From assembly GCA_050298055.1 (NCBI GenBank), contig JBNKTL010000024.1, forward strand, positions 1-64,000: a stretch of DNA of 64,000 bases, in the 5' to 3' direction. The position numbers and the translations under genes were made by a program. The notes beneath the pieces were generated by a model, which searched no databases, had not been told where the DNA came from, and saw only the letters and a program-made list of their open reading frames with translations. This DNA comes from Spirochaetota bacterium (GTDB lineage Bacteria > Spirochaetota > UBA4802 > UBA5550). Positions 39,350-49,966 of this stretch are shown here, one piece after another. Positions within the stretch are counted from its first letter, which is position 1. Every line of letters begins with the position of its first letter.

Positions 39350-40171
39350 ATGTACCAGAGAAAACCAGCAGTTGCCGGCGCTTTTTATTCCGCAGGGAAA
39401 AACGATCTCATGAGGAGTGTTGACACATATCTCAACAGCGCGGAATTACCCGGTCTTGACGGGGAGATCGTAGGGGTCGTGTCCCCCCATGCGGGATATA
39501 TCTACTCGGGACCCATTGCCGCTTACTCATTCAGGGCCATAAAGGACTCCGATTATGAGCTGGCAGTGGTCCTCGCTCCTTCCCACAGGGCCCGCTTTGA
39601 CGGGGCCTCGGTGATACCTGAAGGTATCTATAAAACACCCCTTGGAGACGTTGAAATCGACAGTGCCATAGGGAAAAAGCTCATGGAAAAACGGGGTTTC
39701 GCCTTTCTGAAGGAGGTCCATGCCGTTGAACACTCCCTGGAGGTGCAGGTCCCTTTTCTCCAGCGGGTACTCAGTACATTTAAAATTGTGCCTGTTATTG
39801 TGGGGACCACCGACCTCACCGCGTGCACTCTTCTTGCGGAAGGACTCGGCATCATCCTGAAAGAGGAGAAGAGGAAATTCATTGTCGTTATCTCCACTGA
39901 CCTTTCCCACTACTATTCATACGACAGCGCGGTGAGCAGGGATGGGCAGTTTATTGAGAGCCTTAAGACCTTTGATGAAAAAGGGATAAAGGACCTCCTG
40001 GCCAGCGGAAAATCGGAAGCATGCGGGGAGGGGCCTCTCCTTACAGGTATCATGCTCTGCAAGGAACTTGGCGCTGAGGGAGTCACTATACTGAAATATG
40101 GCAATTCGGGGGACACTGCCGGGGACAGGAACCAGGTTGTGGGATATCTCTCCGCGGCTTTCCTACGGTAG
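39350..40171 (+). CDS. amrB: AmmeMemoRadiSam system protein B (MEMO1-like)
   Basis: PAVAGAFY, PHAGYIYSG, EHSLEVQVPFLQ, STDLSHY, ACG, VGY. Confidence 0.93.
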   Translation: MYQRKPAVAGAFYSAGKNDLMRSVDTYLNSAELPGLDGEIVGVVSPHAGYIYSGPIAAYSFRAIKDSDYELAVVLAPSHRARFDGASVIPEGIYKTPLGDVEIDSAIGKKLMEKRGFAFLKEVHAVEHSLEVQVPFLQRVLSTFKIVPVIVGTTDLTACTLLAEGLGIILKEEKRKFIVVISTDLSHYYSYDSAVSRDGQFIESLKTFDEKGIKDLLASGKSEACGEGPLLTGIMLCKELGAEGVTILKYGNSGDTAGDRNQVVGYLSAAFLR

Positions 40172-40182
40172 GAGTACTCTAA

Positions 40183-40758
40183 ATGATAGAACTGAACAGG
40201 GAACAGCAGGTAAAGCTTCTTAAACTGGCACGAAAGACCATCGCAGAACATCTGAATACGGAATATAACAGCGGGGGACTTGATCTCAGTGATGAAATAT
40301 TGCAGGAGAAGTGCGGGGCCTTTGTCACTCTTCACAGTGAGGGGAATCTCAGGGGATGTATCGGCAATATTGTGGGCGTATACCCGATCCCGCAGACCAT
40401 TGTAGAGATGTCAAAATCCTCGGCTTTCAGGGACCCCCGGTTTCCTCCGCTGACAAAATCAGAGTACAGCGGTATCGATATCGAAATATCGGTCCTGAGC
40501 CCCATTGAAAGAGTGTATGAGATCTCAGAGATTGTTGTTGGCCGAGACGGGCTTATCGTCTCCAGCGGGTTTAACTCGGGGCTTCTCCTTCCCCAGGTCC
40601 CCGTTGAGCAGGGCTGGGACCTGGAAACGTTTCTTACCCACACCTGTTACAAGGCGGGCCTGCCGGGTGATTCATGGAGAAAGCCGGGGCTCAAGATCGA
40701 GAAGTTCTCCGCCCAGGTCTTCGGGGAGAAGGAACTTGGCCTAATCCCGAAAGAGTAG
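40183..40758 (+). CDS. amrA: AmmeMemoRadiSam system protein A (AMMECR1-like)
   Basis: GAFVTL..LRGCIG, DPRFPP, GLLLPQVP. Confidence 0.93.
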   Translation: MIELNREQQVKLLKLARKTIAEHLNTEYNSGGLDLSDEILQEKCGAFVTLHSEGNLRGCIGNIVGVYPIPQTIVEMSKSSAFRDPRFPPLTKSEYSGIDIEISVLSPIERVYEISEIVVGRDGLIVSSGFNSGLLLPQVPVEQGWDLETFLTHTCYKAGLPGDSWRKPGLKIEKFSAQVFGEKELGLIPKE

Positions 40759-40860
40759 AATTGTACCTCCATCTCCTTTGATATTCTCATCGGCAAAAGA
40801 AAAAGGCGGATTATTATCCGCCTATTAACTGTCTGTGATAAAAACATGTCCTGTGGGGGA

Positions 40861-42642
40861 TCAGAGAGCGTCGTATTCATAGGCCCCCATGGACCAGGGG
40901 GCTGTTCTCAGGTTGTAGAGAATATCAATTGTCGTAATGTCAGTATAGGGATATGCCCCCCGGGTTACCGCAACCGGACTGTTTACCGTAAGCGGGTAGT
41001 CCGCTCCGGTGCTGGCTGTAATAAAGGGATTAACACTTATGTTATTATTTACACCCGTATAGTCTGTACCCATATCATCCGGTACCCAAATGTCATTATA
41101 GCTTACTACGGGGGAGCTTCCGGAACTGTTCATGATCCCGAAGCTGACCTGGGGATCAGAGTCAAAATCTGAGAAGATGATATTATTACTTATCACTGGA
41201 TGGGAATCCATGAGATTATAGATTCCGAATACTCCAATGATCGCTTTTCCTGTGTTTATGGTGTTGTTGATTATTTTACTGTCAGAATTGACATTAATGA
41301 TTCCGAGAGTTCTGCTGGAGGCTGTCATTCCTGCCCATATCGAATTATTTACCAGTAATGCCGGCGAGTATCTTATTTCAACTCCGATACTTGCCCCGGG
41401 GGATTGATTGCAGCCGGAAATTTTATTATGAGTAATGACAGCAAAGGTGTTTATTATGGAAATACCTTTACTGTATGAAGAATATGTACCGCCCGAGATT
41501 GTATTGTTTTCTATTTCAACATTATACCCGTTGCTATATTCTACATATATTCCGCAGCTGTTTCCAGAATAGATACCCCCGCTGATAACATTATTTTTAA
41601 TTATTGCAGCACCCTGGGATGAGTATATTGCTCTTGTGTTTTTACAGGAGAAAGATGTGTTCCCCCCCCGCGCGTTAATTGCTTGATTGTTCTCCACTCG
41701 TATATTTCCGTTTAAACTCATAATCCCGACGGTCTCCTCTGTCCCGAGGCCGCCATCGATAGTATTCTGACTGATCTCCAGTGGATCACTCTCTGTACTG
41801 AAAATTCCCGTTATCTGAATGGCTTTCGTATACTTTCCCTCTCCTCCAAGTATCCAATTGTCCTGAATTTTGCCTGTGGATTTTTCAAACAAAATCCCTG
41901 CCGGATTATCATGTGCTCCCCCGTTTATTATATTGCCGGTTATTTCAAAAATTGATTGATTGGCCCTGAGAGCATATGTTGTTCCGCTGACTTTACCTCC
42001 GCTTCCGTAAATAAGGTTGTCATCAATCCACCCAAAACTCTTGTCAAGATTAAGTCCCGTTCCATTTTCACCCTTACTCTCGATATAATTTCTGTGTAAT
42101 TTTATTCTCGATATTTTAACATCCATTGCCGGGGTATTTGAGTTATATGATTGTACAGTGAAGCCTTCAAATGTTAAATTTTTAACAAGTGTAACGGTAA
42201 CCGCCGGACCGGAATCAGCCGGGCTCTCAATACGTGTGGTGTAGATATAAGCTGCATTGGGTGAGATATCCCTGTCGTTCCAGTCACCGGCATTATATCC
42301 TCCCAGAATATCTATCTTGAAATTATCTGTGGCTGCACAGGGCGCATAGGTTCCCGCAGCAACATGAACAGAGCCGTATCCATCCAGAGGGATGAGATCC
42401 ACCGCAGCCTGGATCGTGGCCTTGGGCAGGTCCTGGGTCCCGGGATTGCTGTCACTCCCCCCGTCCTGAGGTGTCCTCACATAGATATCGATACCTGGTT
42501 TTGTAAGCAGTTTTAAAGATGCTTTGGAAGATGTATCATAAGCATCTCCCTGAGGTACCTGAGATCCCGAACTCCTTTCATAATCGCAGCGAAAAAGAGA
42601 AGTGATCAGTAAGGTAAAAATCAGAAAATCTCTTATTTTCAT
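40861..42642 (-). CDS. Lipoprotein with right-handed parallel beta-helix repeats
   Basis: AGGAGG RBS, lipobox-like FRC, GSDSNPGT..ATIQAAV, repeated I.NN.I.GG, C-terminal MGAYEY. Confidence 0.8.
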   Translation of the reverse strand: MKIRDFLIFTLLITSLFRCDYERSSGSQVPQGDAYDTSSKASLKLLTKPGIDIYVRTPQDGGSDSNPGTQDLPKATIQAAVDLIPLDGYGSVHVAAGTYAPCAATDNFKIDILGGYNAGDWNDRDISPNAAYIYTTRIESPADSGPAVTVTLVKNLTFEGFTVQSYNSNTPAMDVKISRIKLHRNYIESKGENGTGLNLDKSFGWIDDNLIYGSGGKVSGTTYALRANQSIFEITGNIINGGAHDNPAGILFEKSTGKIQDNWILGGEGKYTKAIQITGIFSTESDPLEISQNTIDGGLGTEETVGIMSLNGNIRVENNQAINARGGNTSFSCKNTRAIYSSQGAAIIKNNVISGGIYSGNSCGIYVEYSNGYNVEIENNTISGGTYSSYSKGISIINTFAVITHNKISGCNQSPGASIGVEIRYSPALLVNNSIWAGMTASSRTLGIINVNSDSKIINNTINTGKAIIGVFGIYNLMDSHPVISNNIIFSDFDSDPQVSFGIMNSSGSSPVVSYNDIWVPDDMGTDYTGVNNNISVNPFITASTGADYPLTVNSPVAVTRGAYPYTDITTIDILYNLRTAPWSMGAYEYDAL

Positions 42643-42810
42643 TTTGTCCTCCTTTATAATTTTGTAATGAACGGGCAATTGCCTGTCTGGCATAAGTAGA
42701 AAATACCGTATCATGTTGCCCGAAAAAAAATACTCCTCCGGATTTTTAGGAGTTTTTTGATCATTGAATGCCCTTATATCCCGGTTTAACTTTTTAAGGA
42801 TTCTCTGTTT

Positions 42811-42949
42811 GTAACGAATCAGCTATATGTTTTAAATATTTATCATTAATAAAATATTAACAATATGTCCCCGCCGCCGAAGGCGGCGGGGACATATCAG
42901 TTTTATCTCTTAATGAATATGATCATTCACACAAATAGATGAGTAGTTG
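42811..42949. mobile_element. MITE-like element copy 3
   Basis: gtaacgaatcagctat...atatgtccccgccgcc-gaa-ggcggcggggacatat...atagatgagtagttg. Confidence 0.65.
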
Positions 42950-43028
42950 TATCTGTTTTAAAAAAAAGTAAATGACAAATTAAGCATTGGTGAGATTCTT
43001 ATCCTCATCTTTACTCTCACAGGAGATT

Positions 43029-43472
43029 ATGAGAACCTTAATCCTTTTACTGACGATTTTCTTCTGCGCGAATATCTCATGCAAAAAGAAGGAAAATTTT
43101 ATTGAACCTGAGACCGTTCTCAGGAAATGGATGAGTGCCGTTGAAAAGATGAACTACCAGGCCTATACTGAATGTGAAGCATATCCCAAGAGCAGGGATC
43201 TTTTCAGAGAGATGTTCACTGAGTATTATCTCACTGAACTCTATATGGGGAAAATCGAGGAACTTGACCCGAAAGATATAAAACAGGATGCGCAAAATAA
43301 CTCATATCTAAAGAGAAATGTCTCTTTCACGGTAAAGGCTGTTAACAGGAAGAGCGGGAAAAAGGGATACATCATCAGGGGGGATGTTGACTTTATCAGG
43401 TTCCTTGAAGGAAAGCGCAGGGATGACGGATGGTTGATGTCAAACAGGACTCTTATAAGGATCAGCAAATAG
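43029..43472 (+). CDS. Hypothetical lipoprotein
   Basis: AGGAG RBS; MRTLILLLTIFFCANISCKKK. Confidence 0.75.
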   Translation: MRTLILLLTIFFCANISCKKKENFIEPETVLRKWMSAVEKMNYQAYTECEAYPKSRDLFREMFTEYYLTELYMGKIEELDPKDIKQDAQNNSYLKRNVSFTVKAVNRKSGKKGYIIRGDVDFIRFLEGKRRDDGWLMSNRTLIRISK

Positions 43473-43487
43473 AGGGAAGAGACAAAA

Positions 43488-44792
43488 ATGAGATTATATG
43501 AACTTTTTATCGGATTCAGGTATCTGAAGGCCAAGAAGAGCCAGGGATTCATATCTTTTAATACGCTTCTCTCTGTCTTTATTGTTTTTATCGGCGTATT
43601 TATTCTCATTATCGTTATCTCCGTGATGAACGGCTTCCAGGCCCAGATCAAGGACAAGATCCTTGACGTGGATTCGCATATTACCATCTCAAATGTTTAC
43701 GGTTCCCGGAAGGGGGAGACGATCAGGAATTACAGGGAGATCGTTGAAAAAATCAAGACCGTTAAAGGGGTTGTTTCCTCTTATCCCTATATCCAGGGAC
43801 AGGGTCTTATGAGGTTTAAGAAAAACATCTCCTATGTGATGATCAGGGGTATGGGTAAAAAAGGAGACATCCCTCTTCATTTTAAGAAGTTCATTACCGA
43901 AGGAGAGAAAAATCTCAGCAGGAAGCAGGGTATCTTCATCGGTTCCGAGATGGCCCTTAATTACAATATCGATATTGGCGACTGGATAGAGATCATTGTC
44001 CCCAAGGGGAGGCTTACCGCCCGGGAGGGCGTTATCCCCGGCATGGGAAAATTCAGGGTCAACGGGTTTTTTAAAACAGGCTACTACGATTTTGATACGA
44101 AGCTTATCGTGATGTCTCTTCCCGGTGCTCAGGGGCTCTACTCCGTGGGTGATGTGGCAAAGGGCATAGGGGTTAAGATAAAAGATGTCTACAGGATGGA
44201 TGCAACCGCTGCTCATATTCAGGCAACTATTGGTTATGAATATGTTCCCATGACCGCGGAAGAGAGGAACCAGAATCTCTTCTATGCGCTCAAACTGGAA
44301 AAACTGATAATGACCATCATCCTTTTCCTGGTCATTGTTTCCGCGGGATTTACCATAATGGGTACCCTGGTCATGGTGGTGATGGAGAAGAGGAAGGATA
44401 TCGGTGTTCTCAAATCCATGGGGGCAAAACCCACATCGATCATGGTTGTGTTCATCCTTGAGGGTTTTCTTATCGGCGTTACCGGTACTCTCATGGGTGT
44501 GATCCTCGGACTTGCCGCGTCCCTCAACCTTGAGGCTATCATCATGTGGACAGAGGCAACAATAAATAAGATCGGCACGCAGGTCTATCTCTTCTTTAAC
44601 CTGGGTATCTGGGATAAGGTCGTTATCGTTCCCACAAATGTTTATTATATCGATACTATTCCCACCCAGGTAAAGCCCGAATTTATTGTTTTCATTTCCA
44701 TATTTGCGGTTTTCCTTTCCACAGTTGCGGCGATCTTTCCCGCGTGGAACGCGTCACGGCTAAACCCCGTGGAGACTATCAGGTACGAGTAG
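43488..44792 (+). CDS. lolC: Lipoprotein-releasing ABC transporter permease (LolC/E)
   Basis: GFRYLKAKK, SVMNGF, EKRKDIGVLKSMGA, PVETIRYE. Confidence 0.9.
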   Translation: MRLYELFIGFRYLKAKKSQGFISFNTLLSVFIVFIGVFILIIVISVMNGFQAQIKDKILDVDSHITISNVYGSRKGETIRNYREIVEKIKTVKGVVSSYPYIQGQGLMRFKKNISYVMIRGMGKKGDIPLHFKKFITEGEKNLSRKQGIFIGSEMALNYNIDIGDWIEIIVPKGRLTAREGVIPGMGKFRVNGFFKTGYYDFDTKLIVMSLPGAQGLYSVGDVAKGIGVKIKDVYRMDATAAHIQATIGYEYVPMTAEERNQNLFYALKLEKLIMTIILFLVIVSAGFTIMGTLVMVVMEKRKDIGVLKSMGAKPTSIMVVFILEGFLIGVTGTLMGVILGLAASLNLEAIIMWTEATINKIGTQVYLFFNLGIWDKVVIVPTNVYYIDTIPTQVKPEFIVFISIFAVFLSTVAAIFPAWNASRLNPVETIRYE

Positions 44793-44800
44793 AGACAATA

Positions 44801-45487
44801 ATGACAAAAGAACTGATCATTAAAGGTAATAATATAGAAAAAATCTACGGGCAGGGAAGAAATGCCCTCAAGGTCCTCAAAGATATCTCATTTGAAATTG
44901 CCCGGGGAGATATTGCGTCAATTATCGGGCCTTCAGGTGCGGGAAAATCCACACTCCTTAATCTTGTGGGGTGCCTCGACTCCTTTAACAGCGGCAGGCT
45001 TGAGCTTCTTGGAAAAGATGTCTCGCATTTAACGGTAGAAGACCTTTCGGGTTTCAGGAACAGGCATATCGGTTTTGTCTTTCAGCAGCACAATCTTCTC
45101 CCTGAATTTACCGCCCTGGAAAATATCATGATCCCCCTGCTGATCAGGAGGACCCGCAGGAAGAAAGCCAGGGAGAGGGCTCTCGAGATGCTGGAAAATT
45201 TTAACCTTACCGAGAGGGGGCATCACTATCCTTCCGAACTCTCCGGAGGGGAGTGCCAGAGAATCGCGGTTGCAAGGGCAATTATCGGTGATCCGGATAT
45301 CCTCCTGGCCGATGAACCCACCGGCAGCCTTGACAGCGCCAATTCGGACAATCTTGTGAATATCATGCTTGACCTGGGAAGAAAAAAAAATACCACTATT
45401 ATCATTATAACCCACGATCTCAAAATAGCCTCCAGGACTGAAAAGACAATATCTCTCATTGACGGCAAGATTGTGGGAGGAAATTAA
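44801..45487 (+). CDS. lolD: Lipoprotein-releasing ABC transporter ATPase
   Basis: GPSGAGKST, LSGGECQR, ADEPTGSLD. Confidence 0.9.
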   Translation: MTKELIIKGNNIEKIYGQGRNALKVLKDISFEIARGDIASIIGPSGAGKSTLLNLVGCLDSFNSGRLELLGKDVSHLTVEDLSGFRNRHIGFVFQQHNLLPEFTALENIMIPLLIRRTRRKKARERALEMLENFNLTERGHHYPSELSGGECQRIAVARAIIGDPDILLADEPTGSLDSANSDNLVNIMLDLGRKKNTTIIIITHDLKIASRTEKTISLIDGKIVGGN

Positions 45488-45557
45488 TTCCTTGATTTTT
45501 TTCTCTTTTCCCATTACTGTTAAATAACTTAACAGGTAATTGGCGCAGAGAGAGATA

Positions 45558-46745
45558 ATGACAGGTCAGATTAAAACAGTTACGGACGAGTCCCAGTTTC
45601 CCATGCTTATCAACCGGTTTTTTACCGGGCCCAATGTTTTTATTAAGACAAAGAGCGGGAACCTCTTCCTTCAGTTCCTGGGATATTCCGAGGGAAAGAT
45701 TGCCTATAGAATTCCCCGTGTGAAAAACATTCCTGAAGTCGTACAGGTCATTACCCGTCACAATAACACAACCATAAACGCAAGACTGAAGTTCGAGGAA
45801 AGAAATGAGGATACCTTCATCTTTACGCCGGTCATGTTCCAGGTCCTCATCGCGGCAAGAAGGGAGGGAAGGATCGCCCTTGAAGGGGGAGAGAGTAAAA
45901 GCATAATCTATATTGAAAAGGTCATCTCCGATTTTGTCATAACCAATGAGCTTACCATGAATGACAAAAAGGTCGACCATGTTAAGGAGATCGTTACCTT
46001 TGATCTTGAGAAGCAGTTCCAGAATATCGTTGTTCATTTTATCAATGAATCGGGAAGAGATATTCGGATGAAATACTTTTCCACCAATATCCGTCCTATC
46101 TTTATTCCCGATCTCAACAGTGAACCTGACAAGAGGTTCGAGAAGGACTATAATTTTTATATCAATGAGATCTTATCAAACGACTACAAGCTTTCCTCCC
46201 GGCACGAATTTATCTCAGAAGCTTCCGCCCCTGTCCTTATTCGTAACATGATTCCTTACGGCTACCTGCAGGTGAACAATACAACTCCCATGACAGACGG
46301 GCACTTCTCGGTTGTCAAGAGAATGGCAGTGGTCATCAATGAGCTTTTCAGAAAGAACAGGCTCTTTCAGCCGTCACCTGATAAAATCCTTGTCTCTGAC
46401 CTTTCAAAAAACGGTATCGGTGTTGTCTTTAAGGAAAGAAAAATTGCCCGGCTCTTTAAAAAGGGGAGTCTTGTGAGCTTCGAAATGATGCTTCCCTCAC
46501 AGAAGAAGGTCATATTAGGAGCAGTTGTCAGGAATATCAATTTTCTGGAGAACGGTATCATCAAGGCCGGGTTTGAGATCCGCCTTATTGACGCTCTCAG
46601 TGAAGTCCATTACGAGGAGTTCCTTGAGACACTCCCCGTATCAAAGGAACCCCCTCCGGAAAAGAAACCCGTGGCAGTTGATGAACTCACCGACGAAGAA
46701 GCGGAAAACCAGCTCGGCGACATTGTTGACGAGATGTTTGAGTAA
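45558..46745 (+). CDS. DUF1577-like protein with C-terminal PilZ-type domain
   Basis: DLSKNGIG motif; GAF-like middle region (PVL..PYGYLQV). Confidence 0.65.
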   Translation: MTGQIKTVTDESQFPMLINRFFTGPNVFIKTKSGNLFLQFLGYSEGKIAYRIPRVKNIPEVVQVITRHNNTTINARLKFEERNEDTFIFTPVMFQVLIAARREGRIALEGGESKSIIYIEKVISDFVITNELTMNDKKVDHVKEIVTFDLEKQFQNIVVHFINESGRDIRMKYFSTNIRPIFIPDLNSEPDKRFEKDYNFYINEILSNDYKLSSRHEFISEASAPVLIRNMIPYGYLQVNNTTPMTDGHFSVVKRMAVVINELFRKNRLFQPSPDKILVSDLSKNGIGVVFKERKIARLFKKGSLVSFEMMLPSQKKVILGAVVRNINFLENGIIKAGFEIRLIDALSEVHYEEFLETLPVSKEPPPEKKPVAVDELTDEEAENQLGDIVDEMFE

Positions 46746-46796
46746 GGATAGAGATACTCGTTCACATGAAGTATAATAGGTTCTATAAAAAATAGA

Positions 46797-47690
46797 TCAT
46801 TTTATTAAAGTTATATCGTGTCTTGGGATGATGTTAATTCCATAAAAGATATTTTTTAGTCCATTATTCAAAATAATTGTCTTATCACTTTTTTTAAGTA
46901 ATAAGCCGTTTAATGTATAACTTTTTCCTAAAAATGTTCCGGATATTTTAACGGGATCTTTTTTCCAGATAGATGGTTCTTTTGTATCATTTATCATTAC
47001 ATCGATTGTTTTATCAATTCCTATGAATATTTCAGTTTTCATTTCTTTTGCGTCATTATCAGTCCAACTGTTTTCACCTTTAAGTGTACGAGTAACTGGT
47101 ACATAATAAACATATTTACCTTCCCAGATTTCTTTATTTTTTTTAAGAATCTTTGTTTTTAAGAAGAGGTATAGTTTGCCTGTTGAATTCATATCAAGAG
47201 TCATAATGACATATGGAGTTATTTCAAGACGTCCATTTGTTCCTTTTTCGTCTAATGTCCAGTTGGAAGGAGGTGATGTTTCTTTGAATTTCTTTTCAAG
47301 AATATTTTTTGTATATATATCAAGACCTATTTTGAGTGTGTTTTCTACACCGGATATATCTTTCCTAGCATGTTCCTTGCCGATTGAATTTGCAACAAAT
47401 GCTCCAAGTAATCCAAATGCCATCCCGCAGCTCTTTGCAGAATTTCCTTTCTCACTCAGGACTATAACATTACTATCGGGTATGCGATATGATCCCATGG
47501 GAAGATCATTTAATTCTGATATTCCTTCAGAAAGAATTTTTACTACAAATTGGCCTTTTGGTGAAGGCATTGGCTTATTAGGTAATGTTGAACACCCTGA
47601 TGTAAAAATGGAATAGATAATTATTATTGTAATTGCTAACAATGCATGGTACTTGTTTCTTATCGTATAATTAATCTTCATGAATCTCAT
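46797..47690 (-). CDS. Hypothetical lipoprotein (AT-rich)
   Basis: Hydrophobic segment followed by SGCST; GMAFGLLGAFVA. Confidence 0.65.
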   Translation of the reverse strand: MRFMKINYTIRNKYHALLAITIIIIYSIFTSGCSTLPNKPMPSPKGQFVVKILSEGISELNDLPMGSYRIPDSNVIVLSEKGNSAKSCGMAFGLLGAFVANSIGKEHARKDISGVENTLKIGLDIYTKNILEKKFKETSPPSNWTLDEKGTNGRLEITPYVIMTLDMNSTGKLYLFLKTKILKKNKEIWEGKYVYYVPVTRTLKGENSWTDNDAKEMKTEIFIGIDKTIDVMINDTKEPSIWKKDPVKISGTFLGKSYTLNGLLLKKSDKTIILNNGLKNIFYGINIIPRHDITLIK

Positions 47691-47983
47691 TATCCCCTCT
47701 TGCAATTATTTTTATGGAATATATTTAATTATTGAAAAAACAGGCACTAATCTTTGCATAAAAATTCTCCTTTGATTTTATTTTTAATGTGTTAGAATTG
47801 CTTCAGCAATTACTGAAAAAAATTGCTAGTGCACACCACTACCAATACTAATAAATACATATTTTTTGTCAGGTCAAGAAGAAATTTTTTATTTCTGATC
47901 GTATTCAGGGGCGTGATTGAAATTACGGGATAAAGCCAGTTTTTTTATGAAAGGGTTTTCTAACTTATTGGCTGTGGCTTTGG

Positions 47984-48451
47984 CTAGAGCATGAGTCTTT
48001 CCAGAGTTTTTAGGTCCGGAAATCCCAGAATTGAGATATAAAGAGGAACAGTATCCAGCATTCGTGTAATATATACGAAATTTCTTGCATAGTTATCCAA
48101 GATCTTTTTATGATCCCTGGGATTACTCAGATCATAAACAAGTTCATCAAGATAATGCCTGATGGCAAAACCAATAAGCAAGGAAACGGAAAACTTAAAA
48201 TTCCTTCTTAAATCCAGATATTGTTCATAAAAAACAGAATCAATATTAATATGCTCTTTTTCCAGGATAATAAAATCCTTACCCCTCTTCTGGTAAGTGA
48301 CTCTTTCATAGGGCCTGGGTTCAAACTCGTTTTTCCTGATAATCCGCGCGAGAAGGAGTGAGATCATTTCATTATTAGAGAGACGAAGTGTACTTGCAGC
48401 CTCTTCCAGTTTTTCAAGAAGTTCCGAGTCAATAGTGATGGTGGTTCTCAT
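47984..48451 (-). CDS. Hypothetical protein with ribbon-helix-helix-like N terminus
   Basis: MRTTITIDSELLEKL pattern. Confidence 0.55.
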   Translation of the reverse strand: MRTTITIDSELLEKLEEAASTLRLSNNEMISLLLARIIRKNEFEPRPYERVTYQKRGKDFIILEKEHINIDSVFYEQYLDLRRNFKFSVSLLIGFAIRHYLDELVYDLSNPRDHKKILDNYARNFVYITRMLDTVPLYISILGFPDLKTLERLML

Positions 48452-48664
48452 AATGTTCAATCTCCCGGTATTTTGATCAGAATTGCAATTATTTATCAAT
48501 ATTAATACGATTCTGAAACCGGATTCATTAAAACTTTTTTTAATTTTCGAGAATTTTACCGGAATTTAATTCACGCCTGTATTCAGAGGTCTTTGAAATT
48601 TACAATAAGAGGTTCCTTCAAAGGAATATGATAAAATGTCATTGATAGAGTTTTCCTCTCAATG

Positions 48665-48696
48665 AAAAAAGGCTGCCTCAATTATGAGACAGCCTT
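48665..48696 (-). terminator. Rho-independent terminator of the MORN-repeat gene
   Basis: aaaaaaggctg-c-ctca-atta-tgag-a-cagccttt. Confidence 0.65.
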
Positions 48697-48736
48697 TCGC
48701 ATTTAATTGTAGTTTTAAGAATCAGTTAAAATAAGA

Positions 48737-49966
48737 CTACTGCCCGAACCCTTTCCGGTATCTTCCCATCATATAATAACCTGTTTTATTCGCGTCAGCC
48801 GAACCGTCGGGATTGTAGAACTTCCATGTTCCGTTTCTCTTGTCGTTCATGTAGTCTCCTTCGGCCATCAGCTTGCCGTTGGGATGGTACTCCCTGAATT
48901 TTCCCGATTTGCGGTTCATCATGTAACTTCCTTCGGACATGAGCTTCCCGTTGGGATAGAACTCCTTCCCGGCGCCGTTTTTCTTCGGGTTCTTTGCGGA
49001 CCCTACCATCATGTATTCACCGGTAAGCACGCCGTTTTTGTAAAGCCAGCCTTTGCCGTTTACCGCGGCGCCTTTCAGGGTAAGCTTCTTTGTGATCTTC
49101 TTTTTCTTATCGTAATAGGTCCAGACTCCCACCTGTGTATTTTTCTTGAACATCCCCTCGTTCCATACCATTCCTTCGGGATAGAACATGGTCCATTTCC
49201 CTTCCATCTTGCCGTCTGACATGTTACCGGTCATGGCGACCTTTCCGTTTGTTTGATGATAAAATGACCATTTGCCGGTCCTCTTGCCGTCGGTGTACAT
49301 GCCAAAGCTCTTTTTCTTCCCATTGGGCCAGTTTTCCGACCATGCACCATGGAGCTTATCATCCCTGTACATTGAGTTGGATTTCAACTTGCCGTTGGGA
49401 TAGTATTCCTTGCTCACACCGTCTTTCTTATCGTACCGGTACACAAATTCGTTCATGGGTATTCCGTTTTTATAAAAATTTGTGCCGGGTCCGTTTTTCT
49501 TCCCATCGATATATCTCTCTTTTGACTTCTTTTTGCCGTTGGGGTAGTAAACGGTCTTGTCACCATTGGGTTTATTGTTTCTGTACTCTGTTTCAGACAT
49601 GAGTGTACCGTCTTTATAGTACGATTTCTGTACGCCCTCTACCATTCCTGCTTTATAATCTGCTTCGAACTTCTTTTTCCCGTCTTCGTAGTACCCTGTC
49701 CAATGGCCGTCTTTTTTGTCGGTCGCAAAATTTCCCTCTGAGTGTTTTACCTTTCCCCCCTTATAATAGAAGGTCCAGCTGCCGTTCTTTATCTTTCCGC
49801 CGGTGACTTTCCCCCGTCCCTGAAGGGAACCGTCCCCGTAGTATATCTCCAGAATGTCCCCTTTTAGTTTTGATTTTGCTGCTTTTGTGTCCTTCTTCTG
49901 ACCGGAACCGCAGGAAATCATGGTGATCAATACTGCTGCGATAATTCCACTTTTTCGAAAGTTCAT
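48737..49966 (-). CDS. MORN-variant repeat (YwqK-like) lipoprotein
   Basis: Many G.W..YYPNGK repeats; lipobox MISC. Confidence 0.88.
   Translation of the reverse strand: MNFRKSGIIAAVLITMISCGSGQKKDTKAAKSKLKGDILEIYYGDGSLQGRGKVTGGKIKNGSWTFYYKGGKVKHSEGNFATDKKDGHWTGYYEDGKKKFEADYKAGMVEGVQKSYYKDGTLMSETEYRNNKPNGDKTVYYPNGKKKSKERYIDGKKNGPGTNFYKNGIPMNEFVYRYDKKDGVSKEYYPNGKLKSNSMYRDDKLHGAWSENWPNGKKKSFGMYTDGKRTGKWSFYHQTNGKVAMTGNMSDGKMEGKWTMFYPEGMVWNEGMFKKNTQVGVWTYYDKKKKITKKLTLKGAAVNGKGWLYKNGVLTGEYMMVGSAKNPKKNGAGKEFYPNGKLMSEGSYMMNRKSGKFREYHPNGKLMAEGDYMNDKRNGTWKFYNPDGSADANKTGYYMMGRYRKGFGQ

Noticed and set aside
48737..49966. YwqK antitoxin of a toxin-antitoxin pair
   Set aside because: It is a MORN-variant repeat lipoprotein with no adjacent toxin.
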